Source: Octopus vulgaris (taxonomy: Eukaryota). Taken from it: DNA of 64,000 nt. A program made the position numbers and the translations under genes. The notes under the pieces were generated by a model. That model was given only the letters and a program-made list of their open reading frames with translations. It made no database searches and was not told where the DNA came from. The stretch is taken from positions 128,960,001 through 129,024,000 of the forward strand of contig OX597817.1 in NCBI GenBank assembly GCA_951406725.2, in the 5' to 3' direction. Below are positions 13,503-26,192 of the stretch, in pieces. Each line of letters begins with the position of its first letter. Positions within the stretch are counted from its first letter, which is position 1.

Positions 13503-13600
13503 CTTTTTTACTTGTTTCAGTCATTTGACTGCGGCCATGCTGGAGCACCGCCTTTAGTCGAGCAAATCGATCCCGGGACTTATTCTTTGTAAGCCCAGTA
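13503..13600 (-). mobile_element. SINE family A 3' fragment
   Basis: TTTTACTTGTTTCAGTCATTTGACTGCGGCCATGCTGGAGCACCGCC matches the tail of the 5335 copy. Confidence 0.85.
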
Positions 13601-14078
13601 TACTTTTTCACCACCTTCATAATAATAACTGTTTCCTATTTAGGCAGGAGAAAATTTTCAAAGGGGTGGTGTTGGTCAATTACATCCCTGCCGGTCCTTG
13701 ACTGATACATTATTTTTCTGACCCCGAAAGGGGGAAAGGCAAACTCGACCTCAGCTTCATTTAAATTTTGTCAGAAACTATCGATTCTCCAATTCTCTAC
13801 CCTTCAAATAATAATATTAATATAGAATAAAGCAAAAAAAAATTTTAACAAAAATAAACTATGACGGTCATATAGTAAAATTACGGTCTGTTCGTGTATT
13901 CTTCAATAGATTTATGATTTTGATGCAGACTTAAAATAAACATAAAGAATAATTAAATAAATACAAGAATGACTGAATGAAAGAAATGAAAAAGAAGGAA
14001 AGAAAGCATGAATGGATGGATGAACAAATAAATAAATAATTAAGTAAATAAATAAAGCTGATATTTTAGGGGTTTGTA

Positions 14079-15368
14079 AGAGGGGCGTTCAATAAGTAAT
14101 GCCCCTGACCCACTTCCCATAGCAGTAGAGCAACGAAACTTGGCACAGTTATTAGTCTTTTTCTACATAGGAACCACCCAGAGTTACGCATTTCTCCCAT
14201 CGTTTGATGCGGCTCTGGAGACCGTTTTTGTAGAAGAACCCAGCTTGGTCCTCCAACCTGAACGTGACTTCAGAAATCAAAGCTGCATCATCTGGGAAAC
14301 GCTTTCCTTTCAAAAACAACTTCATGATTAGGAAGAGGTGAAAATCAGAGGGTGCAAGGTCAGGAAAGTAGGGGGATGGGGAGGAGTTCATAGCCATACG
14401 CCTGTGCTTCTGATCTGACAACAAGCGAGTTGTGGACCGGAGCGTTGTCCTGCAGGAGGAGGATGCCTTTGCTGATCTTGCCCCGCCTCTTGATTTTGAT
14501 AACTTCTCTTAATTTCCTCAAAAGTGAAGCATAATAGGCTCCTGCAATTGTGGTACCCTTTGCCAGGAAATCTGTCATCACTACTCCGTCCTGGTCCCAG
14601 AAGACTGTGAGCATGACCTTGCCAGCGGAGGGCTGCACCCTTGCCTTCTTTGGAGGGGGTGAGTCACAGTGCTTCCACTGCATTGACTGGGCTGTGGTCT
14701 CTGGATCATAGTGATGGACCCAGGTTTCATCCTGTGTAATCAGTCTTTTGAAAAGTTTTGACTCATCTTCTTGGCACATCTCCAAATTCACCCTCGAGCA
14801 CTCGACGCGTTCTTGCTTCTGGAAAGGTGTGAGCAACCTGGGAATCCATCTGGCAGACACCTTTTGCATATGCAAATGGTCATGAATGATAGTTTCCACA
14901 GACCCGGTACTAATCTTGACCTCATGGGCTATTTGGCGAATAATTATGCGTCGATCTTCCAAAATGGCAGCCTCAACTTGATGGACAGATGCCTCATCAA
15001 TGGCAGAAGGGGGCGACCAGATCTGGGAGCTGTTTCCACAGAGTTCCGACCATGTTTGAATTCACGATGCCAGCGTTTTACAAGGTCATATGATGGGGCA
15101 TCATCGCCATAAGTTACTTTCATTTCATCAAAAGTCTCCCGTGGTGTGCGTCCTTTCAAATACAAAAACCGGATCACTGCTCGACACTCAACAGGCTCCA
15201 TTTCACACTTGACTCGTTTCAAACACCTGTAAATCAGAAACCACAATTAATTCAGAGCTGTAAGTTTCCACTTACTCTATAGAGATATAAATGATTGCAC
15301 ATGCAAAATTTCAGCTAGATGAAACAACTGCAAGTGGGTCAGAGGCATTACTTATTGAACGTCCTTCG
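14079..15368 (-). mobile_element. Near-full-length mariner (DD34D, irritans-like) with frameshifted transposase
   Basis: About 37-bp TIRs (GGGGCGTTCAATAAGTAATGCCCCTGACCCACTT) with TA on both sides. Three overlapping ORFs carry an HTH, SARWIPR, LITQDETW, LLQDNAPVH and YFPDLAPSDFHLF. Confidence 0.96.
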
Positions 15369-15805
15369 TATCTCCAAAATAGGCAAAATATTTATTTTCC
15401 CCTCTCAACAGTCATGTTGAAAATCTATTTCTTTTATATATATATATATACCTAATTCCACAAATGCATAAAAACGATATATTCCGCCGAGGTGAACTTT
15501 GCTTTTCATCTTCGATGATATAAGCACCAGTTGATCACAGGAGTCGATATTGCTGGCCTTCTGCTAAAATTCAAAACTAATATAATATTAAGAAAAAAAA
15601 AAAAACATATTAGGAAATTGAAATAAAACCTTTGGCTCACTACACTGTGTGTCTTGAGACAGTCGATAATTCACCCTTGGAATGTGTTCATATGCATTAA
15701 AAATACAATGAAAAGTAACAGAAAATCTCTGATTTAATCTTTCGAGTTTGAATTGATGGAGAAATATTCAAACTATAAATTGAAGCAAAAATTAACAGAC
15801 GCCAT

Positions 15806-17060
15806 TATTAGTAGGAACTAAGGCGGCGAGCTGGGAGAATTGTTATCGAGCTGAACAAGATGCTTAGCGGCATTTCGTCCGTCTTTATATTCTGAGTTCA
15901 AATTCCGCCGATGTCGATTTTGCCTTTCATCTTGTTTTGCTGTGCACTTGAGTCAGTGTAATCGATTTTCACCCTACCCACAAAATTCAGACCTTGTGCC
16001 TATAGTAGAGAGAATTATTAGCATGAACTGAGGCGGCGAGCTGGGAGAATCGTTAGCTTGGCGGACAAAATACTTTGCATTTCATCAATCATTACATTCT
16101 AAGTCGAAATCCCACTGAGATCGACTTTGCCTTTCATTCTTTAGGAGTCAATAAAACAATTACCTGCTGATTATTGGGGTCGATGTAAGTGACTTACCCA
16201 CTCCTCCGAAATGCTGATATAATACTAAAAATTTGAAGCCATAATTACCATAAGGCGGCGAGCTGGCAGAAATGTTAGTACGTCGGGCAAAATGCGTAGC
16301 CGTATTTCGACTGCCGTTACGTTCTGAGTTCAAATTCCGCCTAGGTCGACTTTGCCTTTCATCCTTTCGGGGTCGATAAATTAAGTACCAGTTACGCACT
16401 GGGGTCGATATATAATCGACTTAATCCGTCTGTCTGTCCTTGTTTGTCTCTTCTGTGTTTAGCCCCTTGTGGGTAATAAAGAAATAGGTATTTCGTCTGT
16501 CGCTACGTTCTGAGTTCAAATTCCGCCGAGTCGATTCTAACTTTCATCCTTTCAGCGATCGATAAAGTATCACTTGAGCACAGGGGTTGATGTGATCGAC
16601 CATCTCCTCTCCACATCATTTCAAGCCTCGTACCTATTTTAGAAAGGATTATTAGCAGTAACTAAGGTGCGAACTGGTAAAATCGTAAACATACCTTGCA
16701 AAATGTTTTGCAGCATTCCATCCGTTGTCTTTGCTTTTTATCCTTTTGCAGTCGATGAAGTAAGTACTAGTTAAGCATAGGGGTCGATGTAATCGACTTA
16801 CCCCATCGCCCAAAATTTCAGTCCTTGTGCCTAAAGTAGAAAAGTTTATTAGCAGGAACGAAAGCAGTTAGCTGGCAGCTTCGTTAGCACACCGAAATGA
16901 AAAAATGCTTACGTACTAAGTTCAAATTCTGCTGTGTTCGACTTTGCTTTTTATTCTTTTGGGTTAACGAAAAATGCATCAGTTGCGTACTGGGGTTCGA
17001 TGTAATCGACTAGCTCTTTTCACCAAATTCCAGGATTGTGACTATAGTAGAGACTATTAT
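15806..17060 (+). mobile_element. Head-to-tail cluster of SINE family C (Meta-domain-like)
   Basis: About 6 units beginning AGGCGGCGAGCTGG, with GAGTTCAAATTCC B box and core GTCGACTTTGCCTTTCATCCTTTCGGGGTCGATAAA..AAGTACCAG. Confidence 0.88.
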
Positions 17061-17105
17061 CTATAGCTACATTTTGTAAGTGTAACTTCTTAAAAACGAC
17101 TTATT

Positions 17106-17330
17106 ACGCTTCCTGTCGGCTTTGACATACCTGAATCTTGGCTGGTGGGGGTGCTTGCCTCCCCTTCACAAATATAAGGACACAGGAAATGTGTCAAAGC
17201 CAACAGAAAGCGTTCGATGCTTCCTATGGCTAAACAGCGGTGGTGTAGTTCCCATACGGGACTGTCACGTTATGTTGACATTATACAACCACTCTATCGC
17301 TCCACCACCGCTCATGTCTCTTTGACACAT
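17106..17330. repeat. Partial inverted copy of the 18443-18803 foldback element
   Basis: Near-identical reverse complement of 18453-18677. ORFs 17122(+) and 18436(-) translate almost identically. Confidence 0.92.
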
Positions 17331-18442
17331 ATATATTTTTTTTTTGTGAGAATATGATGGAATTTTTACAATTGATGTCAGTTGCTGAGTAAGCTTTCGG
17401 AGTGATTATTAGTTCACAACAACGCATTATTAATGGCTTTCTAATATGACAATTACAGCAAAAGATAAGAAATAAACATGTAATTGTATGATATAAACAT
17501 TTTTCTCTCTCCGCTGTACTATGTATCTGAAGTATGTTTTTATATTTCATGTATGTGCGTGTGTGTGTGTGCGTGCGCGCGTGTGTAAATATGTGTATTT
17601 ATGTGTGTGTATGTTTGAGTGTGTATGTTTATGCGTGTATACACACACATGCATATATATATATATAAAATAATATATATATATATATATTTGCATATAT
17701 ACATACATATATGTACATAATTACATCTGTACGTATATATACATAAGCATGTGGGCACAGGACGTCACGAAACGTGTACAACGAAAAATTTGAAGTACGA
17801 GTACATGGAATATGAACTATTTTTCGAACAATGAAAAACACAAATGGAAAACAAGACAAACAACATAAAGAACGACCCTTCATAAGTTGTTGGCTGTTTT
17901 TCTAGTCTCGTATTTCGAGCATTTCACAACAAGATACACTTTCGATAAAGCAATTGCTTCCGTAAAGCAAATTAAATAAAATTTGGGATTTTGTGGAGGG
18001 TCAAAATTGGTAACAAAAACAGGACAGTGAAAACAAGCAAGAAGGGCTGCTAAGCCTAAACGAGGTTGTGGTGGCGAACGCTTAAATCAAGCTTAGACAG
18101 TAGACAGACAAGAACACGTCTTCTTTGATCCAGCTACAACGGAGAGAAAGAAAGAAACACAAGTTAGGAGAAGAAAGAAGGATGGTCGGTAGTCACATAG
18201 GAGCCACATGAGCAGAGGAGGAAGAGTGATGGAGAGAGAGTGACAAAGAAATGTGAAGGGGAGAGGAAAAATTGGAGATAGGATAAGTGAGAAAAAACAG
18301 GAAGGGAGAAGGGGAGGTAAAAGTATAAGAGAAAGGAAGAGAGAAAAAAACGAAAGAGTAATAGGAAAGAATAGTGGGACAAGAGGAGGTAAAAGAATAA
18401 GTAAATATTTGGGACGTGTTTTATCAAATATACTATTATATC

Positions 18443-18803
18443 AAATTTCTAAATGTCTCAAGAGACATGAGCGGTGGTGGAGCGATAGAGTAGTTGTATA
18501 ATGTCAACATAACGTGACAGTCCCGTATGGGAATTACACCACCGCTGTTTAGCCCTAGGAAGCATCGAACGCTTCCTGTTGGCTTTGACACATTTCCCGT
18601 GTCCTTATATTTGTGAAGGGGAGGCAAGCACCCCCACCAGCCAAGATTCAGGTATGTCAAAGCCGACAGGAAGCGTTCGATGCTTCCTAGGGCTAAACAG
18701 CGGAGATGTAATTCCCATACGGGACTGTCACGTTATGTTGACAGTATACAACCACTCTATCACTCCACCTCCGCTCATGTCTCTTTGAGACATTTAGAAA
18801 TTT
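18443..18803. repeat. Foldback element: ~148-bp inverted arms around a 64-bp spacer
   Basis: 18443-18590 is the reverse complement of 18655-18803 with a few mismatches. Confidence 0.92.
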
Positions 18804-19098
18804 AATATTTCTAATTACTATTATATCTAACTTGTAGAAATAGCTTAGCAACATGGAATTATATGTGACGAAAAGTATAAATAATAATCCTTTCTCCTAG
18901 GGGCAGAGGGCCTGAAATATATGGATGTATGTCGATTACATCGACCCCAATATTTCAATGACACTAATTTCATCGACCGCAAAAGGACTGAAGTCGACAT
19001 CAGTGGAATTTGAACTCAGAACGTAGACATTAATAGAATAATATCTATAATATATGTAACATTCAGTAATTACCAGTAATGATGCACCGAAAGAGTCG

Positions 19099-19187
19099 TA
19101 GGGGTTTGTAATAAAGCCTGTTCATTCCAACTTATATATATGTATACATAAGAAGTTGGAATGAACAGGCTTTATTACAAACCCCTA
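19099..19187. repeat. Perfect 35-bp inverted repeat around a TA-rich spacer
   Basis: TAGGGGTTTGTAATAAAGCCTGTTCATTCCAACTT (19099-19133) versus 19153-19187. Confidence 0.93.
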
Positions 19188-19189
19188 TA

Positions 19190-19320
19190 GTATATAAGTT
19201 CCCGGACTAATTATATTTAATAAAAAATAACTTTAAGTTTTAATATCATCTCCTTCAAAAACTCACCTTGCGCAACACTACACCGGTACCATCGTTCCTG
19301 CCATTTTTGGAATCCAGTCT
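19190..19320 (-). mobile_element. Mariner 3' end remnant
   Basis: Minus strand FQKWQERWYRCSVAQGE, a typical mariner C-terminus. Confidence 0.65.
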
Positions 19321-19505
19321 GGAAATCGAACAGGTCGCGGTCTCAAAGCGAGGAAAATATTTTGCCAAACCAGTACAATAAAGAATTCCGCACGACAAAA
19401 TTCTGCACAACGAAAATATTTTGGCAAATTAAGTTTAAATGTTGAAGTGAATCTAACGGTTTTTTGTGTGTTTCTTAAATGGCTTATAAACACCTTCCAC
19501 GCTGC

Positions 19506-19567
<62 letters not shown>

Positions 19568-19585
19568 TAAAGTTATATATATAAG

Positions 19586-19625
<40 letters not shown>

Positions 19626-19699
19626 AAATGTGACCGCGTGTGTACCGTTAGCGATTTTTTTTCCTTTGTCTTCCTTCTCTGGATCTTTCCTTCTCTAAT

Positions 19700-19816
19700 G
19701 TTTCCGACGAAGAGCTCCGCTCGAAACGTTAAACCCTTCTTTCCTGAGCGTCCAATAATACTATATTTGTTCCAGGTCCTCGCGTTGTTGTGTTTTTTGT
19801 GCTTTCATGTTTGGAT

Positions 19817-19820
<4 letters not shown>
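19700..19820 (+). ncRNA. Minimal hammerhead-like motif (CCGACGA) plus tail ending at (TA)n
   Basis: GTTT-CCGACGA-aGAGC-tcc-GCTC-GAAA-CGTT-AAAC (19700-19734). Tail ...TTTGGATTAAC shared with 30300-30369, 89-126 (-) and 51637-51673 (-). Confidence 0.65.
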
Positions 19821-19882
<62 letters not shown>

Positions 19883-20100
19883 TATATATACATGCATGTA
19901 CATACATACACACACATATATATGCATATATATACATATAATACATTATATATATATATATACATATATATGATAAATATATATATATATATGTATGTAT
20001 GTATGTATGTATGAAATCTCTTTTATACTCATAACAACTTTATACAGGTATATATGGTTATGCACCTATGTTTGGGCATATGCCTCATAACTACATCTTA

Positions 20101-20486
20101 GGAGGAGGAGGAGGAGGAGGAGGAGGAGGAGGAGAAAAAGGAAAAGAAGAAGAAGAAGAAGAAGAAGAAGAAGAAGAAGAAGAAGAAGAAGAAGAAGAAG
20201 AAGAAGAAGAAGAAGAAGAAGAAGAAGAAGAAGAAGAAGAAGAAGAAGAAGAAGAAGAAGAAGAAGAAGAAGAAGAAGAAGAAGAAGAAGAAGAAGAAGA
20301 AGAAGAAGAAGAAGAAGAAGAAGAAGAAGAAGAAGAAGAAGAAGAAGAAGAAGAAGAAGAAGAAGAAAAAGAAGAAGAAGAAGAAGAAGAAGAAGAAAAA
20401 GAAGAAGAAGAAGAAGAAGAAGAAGAAGAAGAAGAAGAAGAAGAAGAAGAAGAAAAGAAGAAGAAGAAGAAGAAGAAGAAGAAGAG
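20101..20486. repeat. (GGA)n-(GAA)n microsatellite
   Basis: About 385 bp uninterrupted polypurine tract. Confidence 0.98.
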
Positions 20487-21199
20487 TAGCTAATCACGAT
20501 ATGCTTCTACATCTGTGTAGCGAGTAGTGAGTAGCCATCGCTCATTGTTACTTTGTTATAGTATATAAGATTTTTAAAAATCTTTTCTATCCTTTACTCT
20601 CTTAGCAATGGAGATGCAGTCGCTGCGGCGCAAGTTACACAAAGAAAACATGAAAGGTAGAAATGATATAATGTTAATAACATTGATAATAATTGTGGCA
20701 ATAATGGTTGCCGAAGGAAAATGGTAATGGACGGGTACGTAGTTAAGTTGGTTTAGTTTAAAAGCGGGTGGGCATTATAAAATGTCAAGGCAATTCTGAA
20801 AGAAAATGAAAGGAAAAGAAAGAAACTAGGCAACGGAAGAAAGGCAGAGAGGAAAGGAAAACGAAGCAGAAAGAAAGGAACATTAATGGGGATAGGTGTG
20901 AATAAAAAGCCTCTTTAACAAGGGGGAAGCTATTAGCTGTTATAGACTTAATGTTATTCAATACCTAATGTAATTCAATGCTTAGCGACAACAGTAACAA
21001 CAACAACAACAACGCTTTTTTTTTTTTGCTTTTTAGATAAGGCACCAGGTCAGCATTGTTTATGGTAAGAGTTTAGTCGATGTTACCGACCGCAGTTCTT
21101 GACTGATACTTTTTTTTTATCGATCCTGGAAGGATTAAATGCAAAGTTGGTCCCGAAAGGAATTTGAACTCAGAACGTAAAGTGCCGGAACAAATAAAC

Positions 21200-21522
21200 T
21201 GGCACTCCTTTGGTTACGACGACAAGGGTTCCAGTTGACCCAATCAACGGAACAGCCTGGTCGTGAAACTAGCGTGCAAGCTACCGAGCATTGCACAGAA
21301 AAGCGTACCCTTAACGTAGTTCTTGGGGAGATTCAGCATGAAAAGGAATGTGACAAAGCTGGCCCTTTACAATACAGGTACAACTCATTTTTACCAGGTG
21401 AGTGAACTGGAGCAACGTGAAATAAAGTACTATGCTCAAAAACACAACGCGCCGCCGGAAATCGAACTCACGTTCTTATGGTCGTGAATAAAATAACCTA
21501 ACCACTAAGCCACGTACCTTCA
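21200..21522 (-). mobile_element. SINE family D
   Basis: Aligns along its length to 44624-44943. A box TGGCTTAGTGGTTAGG on the minus strand. Confidence 0.85.
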
Positions 21523-21719
21523 CTTGGAATAAAGCGTTTTTCGACGCTCCAGTTATTCTACGAGCTCTTGTTCTACAACAACAACAGCAAAAATAATTTC
21601 TTATATTGGCCACAACGGCTCCAAACACAAACGAAAAATATACTCTTACGTTCTTCTTGAAGGAGTACTTCATAGAAGAAAAGTTCAGTTTTCAAGTTTT
21701 TCAATAGCGTTTACCAGGT

Positions 21720-22490
21720 AATTCGCCCTTCATTTCTGTAGCAAAGCAAAGGCTCGTTCTACACGGTAGATTTAATTCACAAACGGATCCGATCTGCGTG
21801 TGAAAACACATGTTTGACACAAACCCAAAAGCTGGTAATGAACGGGCACTGAACGTATACATGCGAGAATGATTCCTCTCCCGGTGAACATCACAGACAA
21901 GTCTGGTTACTGGCGTCTCGAACACTGCTATGTCTGCAGAGTTTCCTCCGAGTAGGTAGCATTCTAGACCAAGAAACTTTTGGATATTGTTCATACACCT
22001 CACTCTGTATAACGGCCAGAAAATATTTTTCACACTGTTCTCATTGACGCCCAGACACGCTCTCGGTTCATCGGAACTCATATCTTCCACTAGTATTCAA
22101 TATATTGATATCTTTGACTATTTCCCTCCTGTTCACATGGTCAAGTACATAGTTTGCGGTGAGTGCTTGACAATATTCGATATGCAAAAGGTCTAACCTC
22201 GACTTGAGATTAATCCAAGACATCAGCTCAGTTAAAAAGTACGAAGTGTGAGAAGACGAGTTGCAGGAACGGCTATCACCGTCGACAAAAATGTTAGTTG
22301 ATATGTCAGGCAAAGCGCGTGCCTGTGCTTCATCTGCTACATTATTGGCAGCCAAGTAACAATCACTGCATCTTCATCTTGTGGACGTTTGGCAGGTGAT
22401 GGCCCTCAGGAATTCTGGAATCTCTGTCTTCTACAAATATAGAAGAGCATAGCTTCAATCTGGTCAGAATGTTTCCGTGATGAAAGCTCG
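21720..22490 (-). mobile_element. Highly decayed L1/Tx1-like RT fragment
   Basis: Residual motifs GLECY..FWP, VRPF..S..RK, YVLDHVNR and a YADD-like PDISTNIFV segment. Broken frames. Confidence 0.4.
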
Positions 22491-22575
22491 ATGTTTAAGT
22501 GTTAGTATATTACCAGGGCTGTATAGAAGTTCACCAGTTCCGTTCGATCTTTCATGTGCAACATCCCTTTGGCTC

Positions 22576-22610
<35 letters not shown>

Positions 22611-22611
<1 letters not shown>

Positions 22612-23147
22612 CAGGCAGTGGCTTTCATGGCTTCTCATCTTAACTAATTGGAAGTGTTATCATGTACATTGTTTTGTCTTGGTACAAAAGATGGCCTACG
22701 TCAAATATTCTGCTCAATACCACAGATTTGCTTGTCAGTTGTTTGATCATAACCAGTTAAGCATGCCCCTTAGTGGCTGACGATATGTGCACCTCTGATC
22801 ACGAGCAAAAGTAGTAGGTGAGCATTATAGCCATGTGTTGTGAGGAATTCTTTGAGGTTTGGATAATTCAACTTTGGAAACATGGGTGTTCAACATCCTT
22901 AAATAAACCTTATCCAGGGACCATTGAGCAGGATGGGCTACTCGACCTGAAGAAAATTCTAACTGGGCCCCACCTGCAAGGTCATGTTCTGTTACTGTTG
23001 ATGTGAGATCACCATGTTACGCACATATGGTTGTGATGCATGTGCCTGGTGTACCCTTGTCAGACGGGTATTCATGTTGGGTATACTGGGCTACGTATAT
23101 TTTACCCCAGTGTCACTTTGCTGGTATGCACTGCTCTCACTCACTCA
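22611..23147. mobile_element. Unclassified dispersed repeat family E, copy 1
   Basis: Aligns to 23275-23651 and 57180-57617. Bounded by (AAT)n. Confidence 0.85.
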
Positions 23148-23167
23148 ATAATAATAATAATAATAAC

Positions 23168-23261
<94 letters not shown>

Positions 23262-23274
23262 ATATTTATAAATA

Positions 23275-23651
23275 CCCTGATGCAGTACCAATCAGTGGAT
23301 CTCATGACTTCTGATCTTAACTTATTGAAAATGTTATCATGTACATTGTTTTGTTTTGGTATAAAAGATTGGCTACAGCAAATATTCTTCTCAATACCAT
23401 AGATTTGCTTGTCATTTGTTTGACCATAACCAGTTGAGCATGTTCCTTAGTGGCTGACGATATGTGCATCTCTGATCCCAAGCAGAAGTAGAGGGAGAGC
23501 ATCATAGCCATGTGTTGAGAGGAATTCTGTGGTGTTTGAATAATTCGTCTCTGGAAACATGGTTGTTTCGTTCAACATCCTTGTCCAGGGACCATTGAGC
23601 AGGATGGGCAACTCGACCTGAAGAAAATTTTAACTGGGCTCCACCTGCAGG
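23275..23651. mobile_element. Repeat family E, copy 2
   Basis: Direct diverged repeat of 22611-22980. Confidence 0.85.
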
Positions 23652-23830
23652 AATCACAAACATGTACAACATATAGGAAATAGCGTTACTGGGATGCGGA
23701 AGCATAATATGTGGAGCACAACCAGTGCAATAGAAAATATAAAACCCAATAAAACAGTACAAAAAGGTGAGTCCCATAAAGTCATTCTCTCTCTCTCAGT
23801 ATGGTAGTAAAAGACATTAACAGAAATAAA

Positions 23831-24058
<228 letters not shown>

Positions 24059-24062
24059 CGTC

Positions 24063-24475
24063 TCTACTGTAGGCACAAGACCTGAAATTTGGGGGAGGAG
24101 ACTAGTCGATTACAACGACCCCACACTTGATTGGTACTTATTTCATCAACCCCGAAAGGGTGAAAGCCAAACGACCTCCGTGGAATTTGAACTCAGAACG
24201 TAACGATAGACGAAATACTGCTAAGTATTTCTCCAGGCGTGCTAACGATTCTGCCTGCTCGACACCTTACTACTACTAATAATAATTCATTATACTCAGG
24301 GCACAAGGCCTCAAATTTGGAAGGAGAGGTACAGTCGATCACATCGACCCAGTCCTCAAATGGTACTTATTTTATCGATCTCGAAAGGATGAAAGGCAAA
24401 GTCGACCTTGGTGGAATTTGAACTCAGAACTTAGCAACGGGTGGAATACCAGTATGCATTTTGTCCAGCTCGCCG
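24063..24475 (-). mobile_element. Two tandem SINE family C copies
   Basis: GGAATTTGAACTCAGAAC at 24182 and 24413, with GAAAGG..GAAAGGCAAAGTCGAC cores. Confidence 0.85.
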
Positions 24476-24701
24476 GCATAACACTAATAATAGAAAAATA
24501 ATGATGATGCTGATGCTGGTGATGCTTTACATTAAACCTATCGGTGTTAAGGGTGGAGGCTCTGTTGTGATGGTTCTGCTAGGGGTGGTGATGACGTTAG
24601 CACTGGTAATTTAAGCAATAGATGTAATGAGTAAAAGCTAACACAGCCACAATGAATATCATATAATACATATATGTATATGTGAATGTGTATGTCTGTC
24701 T

Positions 24702-24761
<60 letters not shown>

Positions 24762-24784
24762 ATGTGTATATATATATGTATATA

Positions 24785-24832
<48 letters not shown>

Positions 24833-25422
24833 CCTACATACATATATACATACATACATATATAAATATATATATATATACACACACAATGTTCACATCA
24901 AGCATTTTCTGGGGCGTTACTTTTACTCCATATAGTCATTTATTTAAGCAGAGTTTATTTCCTTGAAACACCACCACACCTACAATGCCTAATCACCGAT
25001 GGCGGCATGATGGGGGTCGGTTTGATAATCTTTAACACTTTTTTTATCAGCCCTTCATTCTTTTTTCTTTTTTTGTTTTACAGAATTCTGAGCCGGCAAC
25101 CCACAAACTGGCGAGCTGACAAGTCGACACAAGATGTAAATCTATAGATATTATACTTTGCTTTGTATCTACCTGAGTCCAACTTCTCACGAGGTTTACG
25201 TTACACACAATTAATCAAACATGAAAAAGGCATTAAAAATTTAAATAGATGAGTAAAGAAAAGCATAAAAATGAATCATTTAAATATAAAGTAAAAAAAA
25301 TATAAGAATGAAGTTTGACTTTCTTATTATTTTACATCAAATTATTCAACTCGTTAATATAATGTTAAGTCCTTTATTTTGTTAAATAATACTGCTAAGA
25401 AACGAAACACAGAAATAAGAAC

Positions 25423-25498
<76 letters not shown>

Positions 25499-25736
25499 TA
25501 TAAATATACATACATACGCACATGCAAAAGCACACACACACACTCACACACACAAACACACACACACAAACACACACACACATGTATACATACATCGATG
25601 CTTATATTCATCATATACGTATAGAGTTTCTGTCATGGTAACTACCGCAGTAAAGTTTGTTGTAATAGAACATCCACGTTTAAGTGGGGATGGATATGAC
25701 CTCTAGGTATTAATACTGTCTCCGTCACTAATATGT

Positions 25737-25892
25737 CAGTGGCTGTGTGATAAGTAGCTTGCTTACCAACCACATGGTTCCAGGTTCAGTTCCACTGCGT
25801 GGCACCTTGGGCAAGTGTCTTCTACTATAGCCTCGGACCGACCAAAGCCTTGTAAGTGGATTCGGTAAGCGGAAGCTGAAAAGAAGCCCGTC

Positions 25893-25950
<58 letters not shown>

Positions 25951-26192
25951 ATGTGTGTGTGTGTGCGTGTGTGTGTGTGTTTGATTCTTTGTTTGTTTGT
26001 TTGTCCCCGCAACATCGCTTGACAACCGATGCTGGTGTGTTTACGTCACTGTAACTTAAAGGTTCGGCAAAACAGACCAATAGAATAAGTACTTGGCTTA
26101 CTAGAATAAGTTCTGGGATCGGTTTACTCGACTAAAGGCAGTGCTCCAGCATCGCCGCAGACAAATGACTGAAAACAAATACAAGAATAAAA
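25737..26192 (+). mobile_element. SINE family A
   Basis: Aligns to 5335-5768, including the internal (TA)n. Confidence 0.9.

Noticed and set aside
15806-17060. CRISPR-like periodic repeats
   Set aside because: Units are ~210-bp diverged SINEs with no unique spacers or cas genes, in a eukaryotic context.
17122-17325. Duplicated 67-74 aa ORF (MTYLNLGWWG...)
   Set aside because: It starts at TTG and simply reflects the duplicated foldback repeat.
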